Shown: positions 1 through 11,619 of the stretch, in pieces | Position numbering within the stretch: the stretch's first letter is position 1 | How the letters are laid out: every line of letters begins with the position of its first letter | Origin: Antedon mediterranea | Taxonomy: Eukaryota; Animalia; Echinodermata | Length of the DNA: 64,000 bases | Reading direction: 5' to 3' | NCBI RefSeq assembly: GCF_964355755.1 | Contig: NC_092672.1 | Coordinates: 10,664,001-10,728,000, forward strand | Position numbers and translations under genes: made by a program | Notes under the pieces: model-generated | Seen by the model: the letters and a program-made list of their open reading frames with translations, nothing else | What the model was told of the DNA's origin: nothing | The model's database searches: none

Positions 1-528
1 GTCTGTGGTTTGAGCAATGTAGAGCATACGACGCGATTAGTCAACTCATTGTTCCTTTGCGTCCAAGTGAATTTTAACCAAGCTTTATAGTTGCAAGTTA
101 TGTTTCATCAAATAAACATTAATTTTGTTAATTAAATTCCAATAAAGCAATACAGTTTTGTTGCATGTTAATTGCACCCTTATTATTCTCCAGGCAAACA
201 CATCCTGTGTTTTATGGTGGACATTTTAAAATCTAAAATGGCGGCTTTCATCAGGCCAGATGAGCTGAAACTTTTTTGGTAGATATATTGAGCCAATAGA
301 CACAAATAAGTTGAGAAACACTTGTCGCTACTGTTTTCCCGGAGAAATTAGAAAATGGGGATACTGTAACAGTTCACTGTAGCTAATATATTATATATAT
401 GACTATCATATATGCAAATAATGAATGTTTATGAGTGTAATGGAACAAATATGCATTTGTTACCAATAATGGCATTTGGTGAATGATGAAAGGTTATATA
501 TCACCTTAAGTTATATATATATATATAT

Positions 529-690
529 AAATCCAAAGGCAAATTACTGAAAAAATGACAATTCTGTGGGTATCAGTGGCTGGATCCCAATGGAGATACA
601 AATGAAAAAGCGAAAAGCTAAATCAAAACGATAAAGTAAAACATCCAGAAAAGTTAGCAAGCTTTCGGGCAACACTAGCCCTTCATTAAC
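529..690 (-). mobile_element. Penelope-like element pLTR fragment with a degenerate minimal hammerhead motif
   Basis: Reverse complement matches 23385-23540. The minus strand reads TTAATGA-AGGGC-TAGTGTT-GCCC-GAAAGCTTGC, a hammerhead-like core with C3 and G5 mutated. Confidence 0.6.
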
Positions 691-724
691 CTTTCATCAT
701 TCTAATGCCATTACGCGAATATTT

Positions 725-912
725 TATAGGTGGCGCTGTTGTATTTCAAAAGCAATACAGTAGTACAACAAAAATATTTTCCAAAACACGAACTGATTTC
801 TTATTTCGTACACGAAAAAGGTTAAACGATCGTTTACTAGTGCGTACTATTTCACGCTATTTGACCCACAATCATCCAATCAATTGACAGAAATTTATTT
901 AGGTGTTATATA
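725..912 (+). repeat. Dispersed short repeat (MITE-like)
   Basis: Matches 16965-17165. The core GACCCACAATCATCCAATCAAATGACAGGAATT recurs at ~60212-60260 and partly at ~35010. Confidence 0.7.
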
Positions 913-1097
913 AAAATATATATATCGGACGTTTTTCACAATAAATATTTCTTTTTCTTTCTAAATTGTTTTTCTAAAGACCACATTACACTACAATATT
1001 AATTAATTAATTAATTATGCTTTCCGAATTTTAAAGGTAAAACAAAAATACTGATCAACTAGGGTATTTCGAAACTAAACCCGAGATCCAACTCGAA

Positions 1098-1260
1098 AGG
1101 GGAGACCTTATAGGAAAAGGGAGATCCTAATATTTAAATGGGAGACGCTAATTTATGAAAATGAAGACCCTAATGTACGAATATGGAGACATAATATATG
1201 AAAATAGAGACCGTAATACATAAAGGGAGACCCTAAAATATGAAAGGAGAGACCATAATG
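1098..1260. repeat. Degenerate ~22-25 bp minisatellite (GGAGACC-core)
   Basis: About 8 recurrences of ggagacc/ggagac at roughly regular spacing. Confidence 0.6.
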
Positions 1261-1371
1261 TATATATATATATATATATGCCTCTTGTGTTAAATAAAAT
1301 GGACCAGAGAATCAGAAATAAAAGATAATGAATAAAATGTCTTGGACATAATATAAGGCCTACTATCCTTG

Positions 1372-1725
1372 AAAGTTGTGAAGTGTGGTTTGTGAAGAAA
1401 ATGCTAAGGATTTTGTGGACTGATAAAGTAACCAATGTAGAGGTGTTTAGGAGAGCCGAAATAAAAAGGAAAGGTGTAAAGGTAATGAGGATAAGGCAGC
1501 TAAAATGTCTTGTAGGCCATGTAAACAGAAAAGATGGCTTGGAGAACCTGTCAATAACCTGAAAGATTGAAGGAAAGAGGAGCAGGGGTAGAAAACGTGT
1601 AATGTGAATGACAAGCCTAATCGAGTGGTTGCAAGTTAATGGAATAACGAACCAAGGAGTGGACCTTTTAAAGAAAGCAAAAAGCAGAAAATTGTGGCAG
1701 ACCATGATCGCCTACGTCCGTACAC
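1372..1725 (+). mobile_element. 3' fragment of an RTE-clade LINE ORF2 (pseudogenic)
   Basis: Plus frame translates EVWFVKKMLRILWTDKVTNVEVFRRAE...RQLKCLVGHVNRKDGLENLSIT*KIEGKRSRGRKR...SRKLWQTMIAYV, the typical RTE C-terminal region, with in-frame stops. Confidence 0.85.
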
Positions 1726-1751
1726 TTCGCTAATGCAAACGCTTTCTGTCG

Positions 1752-1830
1752 AGCCGTCTGTGTAGTCGAGTGGATTAGAAAATGGACTTTCTACTTATTG
1801 GGTTCGAAACCCATGAGTAACTTATTTTTA
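1752..1830 (+). mobile_element. tRNA-derived SINE head
   Basis: A-box-like TAGTCGAGTGG and B-box-like GGTTCGAAACC; no complete cloverleaf. Confidence 0.5.
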
Positions 1831-2047
1831 CTTTTTAGTGAAAAAGAGAGAGATTATTTAGAGGGTTAGGTTTAAATATATTTAGGAAGTAGTTCGGCTA
1901 TCTTTCACATAAGGGGTCCCCAAGTTATGTACGAAACAAAAAATCGCCCCCAAGACATCCAAAACCTTACATTTTATTTTATTTTCTAAGTTAAGAGTAG
2001 GTCTTTGCGGATCCTAATTGTAATTCATCATTAACTACATGCTACAA

Positions 2048-2845
2048 CTAACAACATGAATTAAGCTTTTCATAATATGGCATTGATATCTGAACATACT
2101 CTTGTACAATTTTGGGTAACTCCTCAATTGAGGGAATAGGTTTTGATAGCTCTTTTTTAAAACCACCCGCTGTTAAACTGTTGGAAAGCCAATTATAAAA
2201 AGGCTCTATATCCCAAATTGACTGGGCCACGTTCCACTCTACACTTGGCTTCCTATCCCAGCTTAGTAAACCATCGTTATACTCAAACCCAACGGCTTCA
2301 CAATATTTTTGTAGAACTTGTTTGGGATTTTTAAGCAAATCGTCTGCATTTACAACAAATGGTTTCTTGCCGTTTTTATTTTCAAGATAGCAGTATAGTT
2401 CCCAAAGCTCTTGATAGCCTAAGCCTTCTGGAAGCCAACGAGAAAGGTCGCCATCCACGTCATCTGCACCGGTAGATACCATCACATTGTAATAAGACAG
2501 GAATGATTTGATTGGATGTCGTATAAGAAATGAGTGTTTATAGCCTTTAGCAATTTTGTCATACCGTTTATGAACGGCGTAACCCATATCTTTTACAAAG
2601 ACACATTTATTCTCTAGTGATTTATCTTCCAGACTTGCCTTCACTTTGTCATAAGTATACTCCAATTCAGCAGGAGAATTATCCATTGAGAAAAGACGTC
2701 CTTCCGGACCGTAGTGATCTGCGCAACCGTATGGTTCATAATATATTGCCACATTATCAATACTTTCCATGCTTCTGGTAAAAGCGGTAGACAGGGATCG
2801 TGGAACTGCCCAAAGAAAAACGTGCGCATTTCTTGATGACGTCAT
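2048..2845 (-). CDS. P-loop sulfotransferase-like protein (Sulfotransfer_5 / 'BCAT-like protein 2' N-terminal domain family), 265 aa, single coding exon
   Basis: N-terminal 5'-PSB-like motif LWAVPRSLSTAF, then YEPY, VFVKDM, FLIRHP..S..SY (3'-PB-like), VVNADDLLKNP and 'LSW'. A splice acceptor-like ...TTTTGAAACGTAG lies just before AAAACC-ATG, suggesting a 5'UTR intron. Confidence 0.85.
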   Translation of the reverse strand: MTSSRNAHVFLWAVPRSLSTAFTRSMESIDNVAIYYEPYGCADHYGPEGRLFSMDNSPAELEYTYDKVKASLEDKSLENKCVFVKDMGYAVHKRYDKIAKGYKHSFLIRHPIKSFLSYYNVMVSTGADDVDGDLSRWLPEGLGYQELWELYCYLENKNGKKPFVVNADDLLKNPKQVLQKYCEAVGFEYNDGLLSWDRKPSVEWNVAQSIWDIEPFYNWLSNSLTAGGFKKELSKPIPSIEELPKIVQEYVQISMPYYEKLNSCC

Positions 2846-3554
2846 GGTTTTCTACGTTTCAAAATAAAGATAAATCTTTATTGTCATAAACATAATATTG
2901 TCATAACATTTTTACAGGTAATGTTAAAAAGTTACTGTAAACACATCTAGACCCGCAGAAATTCACATTATATACGGTACATTTAAAAATACAAAACTTT
3001 GGAAAAAAGACATTGATATTGAATTAGTTTTACATTTTTAAAGAACGGCGACCATATTTGAGTACATGCTTATCATTTTAAAGGGTCATAAATATTTCCA
3101 TTATTACTTATAGACTTGTTTTTAGGCCTAATATTATATTATGTCAACAACAAAACGTTACTTATGTTTTCAATAGTCATAGCAGTAACCTAACTTGTAT
3201 TGGTCTTCTAAAAACGTAGCCTGTAGGTATGCGATGAATATAAAGTCATTTTTTGTTGGTACACTGAGCTTTTATCCTTCCTAAAAAACCTCGACATTTT
3301 TGGTAATACTAGATTATAAATGGACAGATTTGTCCATATTTGGATACTAAATAGGCTGTTAAAGACTGTTAAAAACAAGCAAACCTACACTGAGACAAAC
3401 ATGAAAACATACCTCAAGGCGGGGGGAAATTAGATATAAAAAATTAGAAAACATTACCTAGAAAATAGTTTGTTAAGACTGAGTAACTCGATAAAATCTT
3501 GAAACCACCAAAGTACAATAAATACAAACGACGGGAATTGCAGAATGGACAACA

Positions 3555-3802
3555 TACAATTAAACGAAAGTTTTAAAATCTCAATAACTGAACTTTAGCT
3601 TGGCCTCGGGAATCGTATTGTACAAAATAAAAGTTACAATTCACTAACCACTAACGTAACAGAATGGATTTTGTTAATACCGTACAACAACGAACAACTC
3701 GTAGTGAATGAACACCAGCTTCTTCTCAATTGTTTGGCATTCATTCATTTGATGAAAAGAAGATTTATATACAATTAAATGAAAGTTTTAAAATCTCAAT
3801 AA
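3555..3802 (+). repeat. ~215-240 bp direct repeat unit, resumed at 6570-6875
   Basis: TTACAATTCACTAACCACTAACGTAACAGAATG...CAATTAAATGAAAGTTTTAAAATCTCAATAA is present at 3633-3802 and 6603-6770, with partial further copies. Confidence 0.8.
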
Positions 3803-4084
3803 ATTTACAACGACCACTTAAGTGCTAGGCCTATTGTTTTTCGAACTGTCTACAACGATCAGTAGTCAGGTGTGAAACATAATACAATAGACAGTGAGTT
3901 TGCCTTCCTGACCGCCAGTGTGGAAATGCCTGTCAGCCTAAAGTTTTTCTCACGTCCGACCGCTTATTACAGTAACCATATCGCATGTTTCAGTATAGAT
4001 ATCTGGTGTGATGGTTTTATTGAAACAAATCCCGGTCCAAAGAATTCCAGAATGAAATTTAAACGAAATCCAACGGCCCAACTA

Positions 4085-5925
4085 CATAAAATTTGCTATG
4101 TTCAACGCCCGTAAGTATTGCTAATAAAATCCAGGATCTTTAAGTACGGATAGAAAATAATGTTGATACAGTGTTGTTGACTGAAACATGGTTGGATCCA
4201 ACGATTAAGAGTGCAGAGATGTTCCCGTTAGTGCAGAGATGTACTGTGTTCATAGAAACGACAGAAACAGACACGGTGGTGGTGTTCTGATAGCATGCAA
4301 ACATTCCATAGATGTATTACCTGTGGACATTGACACTAATATTGAGATTCGGAGGAAGTATTCTGCTTGGTTGTGTATATTATAGACCCCTGAGTTTATC
4401 AAGAGAATGGTTAGACCTTGTGTTCTGTAATAATAATGACATTATTCATAATGTCACAGGTGAACCTGGAATTAGTACAAGTGATCATATAGATACAGTA
4501 TCTTCTTTGAGTTAGCTGGACGGTTGGTCTGTCTTAAACAAGGTCCTAGATATTTTTATCAATATAAAAAGGTTAATCATGATGTTTTGTTCCAAACTCT
4601 TAATTTAGTCCCGTGGGATCTCCCCTTTACACAGCCTAACTTAGATTCCACTTGGACTAATTGTTTTAAAGACCTTTTTTTATAGCCGCAATTGATGATT
4701 GTATACCCAAAGCTAAAAGCAACCTCGCAGAAAATCAATCGGGATAATAAATGAAATTATTAAAATGTCTCGTAAAAAGAGCCGCCTTTATCGAGATGCA
4801 AAGAAACATTTGAATAATAAATGTATTAAGTGGAAAAAATTGGAGAAAGTTTAGTAACGCATTGCGTAAAACTAATAGAAAAAGTCTCATTATGATTACC
4901 TACCTCCACAATCTTAGTTTAGGTTCTAAATCTAATCCGAAATCCGGTTTTGGTCATATGTTAAGAAAAAACGAAAATGTGTTACAGAAAGAAAGTATTG
5001 TTTAAGCGGCAATATCATAGATTCAGATATAAATGCTACTAAAGCATTTTCGACATATTTTCAGTCTAATTTTACTGCCCTGTTATCTTTAGATAGTAAT
5101 ACATCCCCTGGGCCCTACGGGATTATCCCTATGATGTTGAGTATGGCTGCACCTGTTATATCCCCAATTTTGCTTAGAATTGTTCAAATGTTCCTTGACC
5201 AATGTTGTGCCAATTTTGAAATCTGGTAGTAGAAATGATATAAGTAGGCTAATTATAATCACTTAATATCACTTTGTTCAGTTGTTGGTAAAGTTCTAGA
5301 ACGTATTGTGGCTGATAATTTTTTATTTCATCTTCAATGTAATGCGTTTGTTAGTCATGTACAGCACGGGTTCTATCCTGGAAGATCTTGTCTTGTAACA
5401 CAAGCTTCATCATCCATATACCACGAATGGTCCAAGATATTAGATGGTACAAACCCACCAGTCTTCGATGCTGTTTTCCTTGATTGGGAAAAGTATTTGA
5501 ACGTGTGAGTCACCTTAAACTATTACGTAAGCTCCACAATTGTGGTCTATGTGGTCCAATTTTGAAATGGATGGGCTTCTTTCTTACTGATCGTTGCCAA
5601 TAGATTGTCCTCAATGTACTAATATCTGACTACCGTACGCCTGTTGTGTCAGGTGTACCTCAAGGGTCGGTACTTGGTCCATTACTTTTCAACTCGTTCG
5701 TTTTTTACCTCCCTATGTCTCAAATTAGACAATCAGTGCCAAAGATACGGTATAGTGTTTAGGCCAATTAGATATGAAAATGATGCGATATTACTTAAAA
5801 GATCTAGATAACATCGATGAATGGTGTCAAAATAACATGATGAGACTTACTGCTAAAAAATTCAAAGTTATCCATATTACTCGCAAACCTAATTCCAATC
5901 ATACTTGTTATCATATTCACCTTAA
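4085..5925 (+). mobile_element. Degenerate CR1/L2-type LINE ORF2 (APE endonuclease + reverse transcriptase)
   Basis: Frameshifted motifs: ICY.NARSIANK, VLTETWLD, RNDRNRHGGGVLIA, SDH, QHGFYPGRSC, DAVFLDW.K, SGVPQGSVLGPLLF, DLDNIDEWCQNNMMRL. Confidence 0.9.
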
Positions 5926-8074
5926 TGTCATTTAAGCAATTACCTCCTAAATATATATTTTGTGTCCTGAGTGGCGAGTACACGAATAGTCAAACAGAAA
6001 TCATCATTGGATGGAAATGTCATTTATTAAAATAAATGACGATGATAAACTCATGCTATAAGTAAACGTATCGGCCGTGCTATTACACAATAAAATATAA
6101 ACACGGCCGGCCCTAAATCGTATGACCAATTAAGGAAACAGTATATATAATCATAGTTAATCCGAATTACATACGTTTATCTAAGACTGTATAATAATCA
6201 CCTAAAATTCGTACTACAAATATAAATAGTATTTAGAAATCCAAATAAATTCATATAAAGTACATACATTCGTATTAAAACCTATAGGTATTAAATGGAT
6301 CAATGTTTTGCTAAAACTTATACAAGAATTATTTACTATATCTACAAATAACAATTATAGTATTGATACAAGTGGGCATACATTTATTGTAATACAATTA
6401 ATTCATCGTAATAATCCTATATATTATATTCCTATAACCCCAGCATGTCGTTTCAATCCGCTTAAGTCTGGGTAACCGCGCCCAAAAATCCATCTCGATG
6501 GGTTACCGCCCAGAGGGTGGGCTAGGGCACTCGGATGATTGTGCGCAATGTTTGGTGAGGGTGGATTTAAAAGTTTGTGATGGTATTGTCAAAGTGGTGA
6601 TGTTACAATTCATTAACCACTAACGTAACAGAATGAATTTTTTAAATACCGTACAACAACGAACAACTCGTAGTGAATGAACACCAGCGTCTTCTCCATT
6701 GTTTGGCATTAATTCATTTGATGAAAAGAAGATTTATATACAATTAAATGAAAGTTTTAAAATCTCAATAACTGAACTTTAGCTTGGCCTCGGGAATCGT
6801 AATGGACAAAATAAAAAGTTTGTGATGGTATTGTCAAAGTCGTCAAGCTTAATTAACCACTAACGTAACAAAATTTAACCACAAATATAGCAACACTGGA
6901 CAATGTTCAGATAGTTCGAAAAAAAAAAAATATTCTGTATTTTTGTTGAAATAATCTTTGACTGTGTTTAACTAATTCAGTCTTAATACTTCTTCTTTCT
7001 TTCTTACAAACTGTACTAAATCTTTCACATGAACGCTGAACTTGACTTTTTAACTTGTTTTAAGTGTTTGTCTGTGGGATTGTCCATCCATTAATTCTTT
7101 CTTCAATTTTCATTTTGAACAAGTACTGTATGACAAATAAATTCTTTACATTCCACATGAAATTTCGATTTATGATTATTGATATTGAACCTAGTTCCGT
7201 GTCTATGATTGTCTCCTTCTGTTATTTAATTTTTCATTTTAAACATTTGGACTTAGGGTAATTTTAATGAAACATGATATTAAAATATCAAATGTATTCT
7301 GAAAAAAATGTTATCTGGTTAAGTTTCAAAATAGTATTATACAGTAAAAAACATTTAACGTAGCAAGTGAGTACTTGTTAATTAGTTTATCGGAAGTTTG
7401 TGATACAATGTTCAAAATGTTGAAATAAAGCTTTGATGGAACTTTCGTTTTCTGTAAATTTACAATATTTTTTATATTATTACCCTACGTCCAAAGATTA
7501 AAAATGAGAAGGATGGATGGACAGTCAGATCATAGACACGAAAATAGGTTCTATATCAATAAAGTTGAGGACATAAATCCAACTTTCATGTTGAAAGTAA
7601 ATAACGTCCTACAGTTAAAAAAAAATAGAATTGTCAAATGATAATTTTGTTTTAAACTAGGCTAAATTCAACTTTATAGGCCTATCTATCAATAAACCCA
7701 AAAGTTAACAGGAAAATTATGTTCAAATAATTTCAAAATTTAATAAAAGAAAATAATTGAGAATATCAATATGTTCTACTGTTGTTACGTGAGTGGTTAC
7801 ATTTTGTTACGTTAGTGTGCATGCCATTCTGCAGACTTGCAATAATTCATAGCCCATATTCATTCACGGACCAAATATTTGGAACGTGCTCTATAAAACC
7901 AATAAATGAAAATCCCACTAAAGAAAAGTTATTGAGTACGTACTAAGAAAGTTGTGGGGGGTGGGGGTGATAAACAAACACATTAGGCCTTATAAGCCTA
8001 CCGAGTCGCTCATGATCGGTATAGTGCTTCCGGAGGACAAACAGGGTTGATCCTGTCTTATGTCCTTTATACCT

Positions 8075-8927
8075 CACATTATAACGATGCTCAACAGGAG
8101 GCAAATGATCTGGGCACAGGTAAGTTTAATCATTCATTTGTATGTCATCTGCAAGGCAATTATTTTTTCAAAAACAGACGCCAGCTCGTAAGACCAGACG
8201 CGAAACAAACCCCCACTGAGAACCTATATCATTCTATAAAGAGACGTTTTAATTTGTCTATATTCCACTTTTTAAAATGTTTGTAAAATGTTTTATCATA
8301 AAAATAACGAATGGGTCAACCAACTAAGAAAATAATTATATTAAAAAGCATGCATGTTTAAACACTGATTCCACATTGTTAAACGGGTGCGCATTTCTTG
8401 GAACCCGATTTTTATATCCTAATGCAAAAAGTAATTACAAATTAGTGAATTAGCAGTTCGGAAACATGAGGAGTCATTATCAATGTAAAGTTGCACGGAT
8501 AGCTAGCAGCACAGGACAGATTCAATAACGCTAATCCAGTGCACGTGAACATTATGCTTTTTTTTTTATTACGAGTTGTCTAACGCTAATCCTCGGCCTA
8601 CCTACCAGTTCAGACACAAACATTATGTACGCCGCTTCATAACGCAACTTTAACGCCGCGAGTCTGTATATTTTTAGAGATATGTATCCCTCGGATGATA
8701 TATTGTTTTGTTTTGTTTTTTGGGGCTGAAAAAACTGCGCACAGACGATTGAATGCAGTGCGAGATGCGTTCAAGGGTACATGGCTCGGTATGCAACAAT
8801 AGGCCGTATTGGTCACGAACCCACATGCGAGCACTTTGCACGTACCAACAACGGAGGTCCTAACGGATATACCAACAAAGATACTGTAGAATACTGGAAC
8901 AAAGTTAAGAAATGTCTTGACGATTAA
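8075..8927 (+). pseudogene. i-type lysozyme pseudogene (3' end of exon 2 plus exon 3)
   Basis: HYNDAQQEANDLGT|GTAAG parallels the exon 2 end of the intact gene. Exon 3 reads *KNCAQTIECSARCVQGYMARYATIGRIGHEPTCEHFARTNNGGPNGYTNKDTVEYWNKVKKCLDD*. The acceptor AG is changed to GG, Trp is changed to TGA, the catalytic 5' half is missing, and the intron is alignable with 14935-15278. Confidence 0.9.
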
Positions 8928-9384
8928 CCCCAAAAAGGTCAAGTCGATAAAATTAATTTGATTTTGAATTTGTCTTTCGATCCAATTTTGTTCAAAAGGG
9001 AATACTGTGACATTAAATGGTATATTCAACCAAAACATTTAAAACAATTATTTTTTTTAGAGGAACCATTGTTAACCTTCTTTCGGAAAGAAACAAAAAT
9101 TGATAATAATTTGTTCAGGCTGTGGTAACATTTCTTCGTCCGCTAAGTTGCAGCTGGTAAAATTGTGCCAAAAAAATAAGTTTGCTAGATTTGATAAAAA
9201 ATTGTTTAAAAAAAACACAACCAGTATGTAAAAATCAATCGTTGAATTTATTCAAGCATTTGACAAAATATGAGACATAAACATTGTTGATAACATAAAC
9301 TACAGTATAAATAATTCTTGTTTCAAAATCAATTGTTCAAGTAATATTGACTGGTAAAAAATAGTTCATTTTAGCTGCACTTGA

Positions 9385-10972
9385 TTAGTGTTTGTAGCAT
9401 AAAAACACTGAGAGGAACCTGTGGAGTTTAGTAGTGGAAACAGGATCAATGGTGTCAGATGCAATTATGTCATCTTCATCATTTTCTTCAACACTTCCAT
9501 TGCTGGCATTACTTGCATCATTTGCACTGTTATCTGTATGCTCGGCCACTGTGGCAGTTTCATGGCGTCTGGTGTTACGGAAGCGTTGTCGAAGTTCACG
9601 GAAGAGACGTCGAAAAAATCTTGTTTGTGGTACATTATCTGCAGATTCCTGGTTATCAGTTGCCTTGTCAATGCGGTCTTTTGCATCACTGTTTTCCATG
9701 GCGGTACTACTATAAGTAACGACATTGACCCTGTATGCGATGATGTTGGGGACGTACTCCTTGACATAATTTGGGTCAATCGTGAAGGTAGTGGAGTCAT
9801 CGATGAATGCAGTCTTTACAAGAAAACAAAAGAAATGGTTAAAGTTATCTTAATCGCCATAATTACTAGTTTTCTAATTCTGATTGGAAGGAACAGATTG
9901 ATCATTTAGTTATTTCAATGCACTATAATTATTTATAATAGGTCTAAATGTTTATAATTAAACTGTACAGCGGTAGGTAACCTAATCATGCTGTACCTGC
10001 ATAGGGTTCTGAGTCATCATAGATGTACCGGCTCCTGTTTCGGTGTTGGAAAGTTTAGTTTTAGGAAGAAACAAGGTGTCCACACATCTGGTTCTTGCAA
10101 TTTTGCTCTGCCTTTTCTTTGACCTCAGGCCGACTGCAGGTGTGTTCTTATGGTGCAGAGCACGCTTAATCTTTGACATGACTACCAAATTGACACCGTC
10201 TCCATGTTCCTGTACCTTTCCACGAAGTCTAAGTACTGTTTTTAGTTCTTTAATAACAGGCCAATATGGGTCGCTGACAGTGTTTTTTATGGTTCGAACG
10301 GCATTTTCGTTGGTGATGATATTAACGCTGTATGTGATAATATCAGAGACATACTCCTTCACAGCAATAATACTGAACTCATTCATATTGTGATGATCAG
10401 TCTTTAAAAATACACACAAATAAAAATAAAGTTAGAATATAATGAGTATTGGGCTTCTAATTATGACGATGGTATTCTCTTCTCTTGTGTTTGAATTAAT
10501 GAATACTTTGTTATAGTATACTTCTGATGAATACACTTCTTATAGTCAACGGTGAATCAACCTTACAAATTAAAAACATAACATATACCTTTGCATTTAA
10601 CTTAGAACATTCAACCTCTGACTGCACTGTCAAGTCACTAACATCGACGTCGCCTTGTTCCTGTGCTTTTATACGGAACATTGCTTTCAATTCTTGGATA
10701 ACAGGCCAAAAGGTTTCCTTGAGAACTTTGTCTGTAAATGAAAATGTTTTACTGTGATGATCGGCAATAAAATACAAAGAGACTACCTACTACTAGGCCA
10801 CCCGATAATTTCGATAATGATAAAGACTACTTCTTTCTTTTAATACGGTTTTTGATGATTTTTTCACTCACCAGTATTTGTTGTCACTTGCTTCATTGTT
10901 TGTTTTATAATTTATTTGATAATAATATTTAATAATCGAAAAATTTCGGATTTTATCGCCAAGAAATTTCAT
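9385..10972 (-). CDS. Predicted 4-exon protein of unknown function (~365 aa) with internal repeats
   Basis: Exons 10972-10872, 10751-10589, 10401-9997 and 9813-9385 have GT/AG boundaries, consistent phases (2,0,0) and no stops. Exon 1 and the exon 2 acceptor are less certain. Confidence 0.6.
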
Positions 10973-11410
10973 ACACAGTTGATGTATCAAGCTGTAGATG
11001 ATTTGTGTTGATATGTTGCCATGCTGTTGTGCTGGATACCTAGCGCGCAAAATTCTACCTCACAACGATAAACGCACTGTCACGCGCATTGGGCTGCTAC
11101 GTCACTCAGTTGCAAACATTAAGGTCATCGTTGAAAAAAAAGATAACTACCCAGTTTGTTAATGGCAGCGAAGAGTGCTGTATCTTCTCATATCACAGGA
11201 AAATTTAGTAATACCATGTCATTTATATCACATGTGGTGCATGTATTATGTAAAGTTAAGTTAAGGGTTAGGTTACTACTAGATACAAGTGAAACACATG
11301 TGATATTGTGTTACCAAATATTCCTATATGGTGGAAATAGATACAGTACCGAGAATCAGCTGCCATTGTTAGGATGAGGTGCTTTTTCTTAATTAACATA
11401 AAATAAATTT

Positions 11411-11550
11411 GTTTTTAGTTAGTCGCGTGCAACGCGACTCTACGCGACTCGGTTGGTTGGTCGGTCGGTTGTTTAGTTGGTCGGTCGGTCGCTCAGTCTG
11501 TAAACACTAATTTGAGCACGCGACTGCAGCCATGTATATGGCCTTTTTGT
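11411..11550 (+). mobile_element. Helentron-associated (HINE/DINE-1-like) non-autonomous element
   Basis: T-run, subterminal AGTCGCGTG with adjacent inverted ACGCGACT, (GGTC/GGTT)n microsatellite, 3' CACGCGACT and a GCCATGTATATGGC stem-loop. Confidence 0.7.
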
Positions 11551-11619
11551 AGTAGTAGTGTTAGTAGTCTGTCTTTGATGACCCATACCCGCATTGAGTG
11601 GTAGGCCTACTAAATTATC

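Noticed and set aside
240-275. CTGATGA on the minus strand (also at 56413 on the plus strand)
   Set aside because: No stem II closed by GAAA, so these are not hammerheads.
1148-1705. 185-aa minus-strand ORF
   Set aside because: It is antisense to the RTE LINE relic and a minisatellite.
5961-6345. Possible solo LTR (TG...CA, with minus-strand TATA and polyA signals)
   Set aside because: I could not find a matching TSD, a PBS/PPT or a second copy.
8724-8730. In-frame TGA in the lysozyme paralog as selenocysteine or readthrough
   Set aside because: It replaces a Trp codon and co-occurs with acceptor loss and 5' truncation, which indicates pseudogenisation.
8637-9038. 133-aa minus-strand ORF (and similar ORFs at 15275-15527)
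   Set aside because: These are shadow frames of lysozyme exon 3.
9421-9909. Multiple plus-strand ORFs
   Set aside because: Antisense shadows of the minus-strand orphan exon, which has coherent splice sites.
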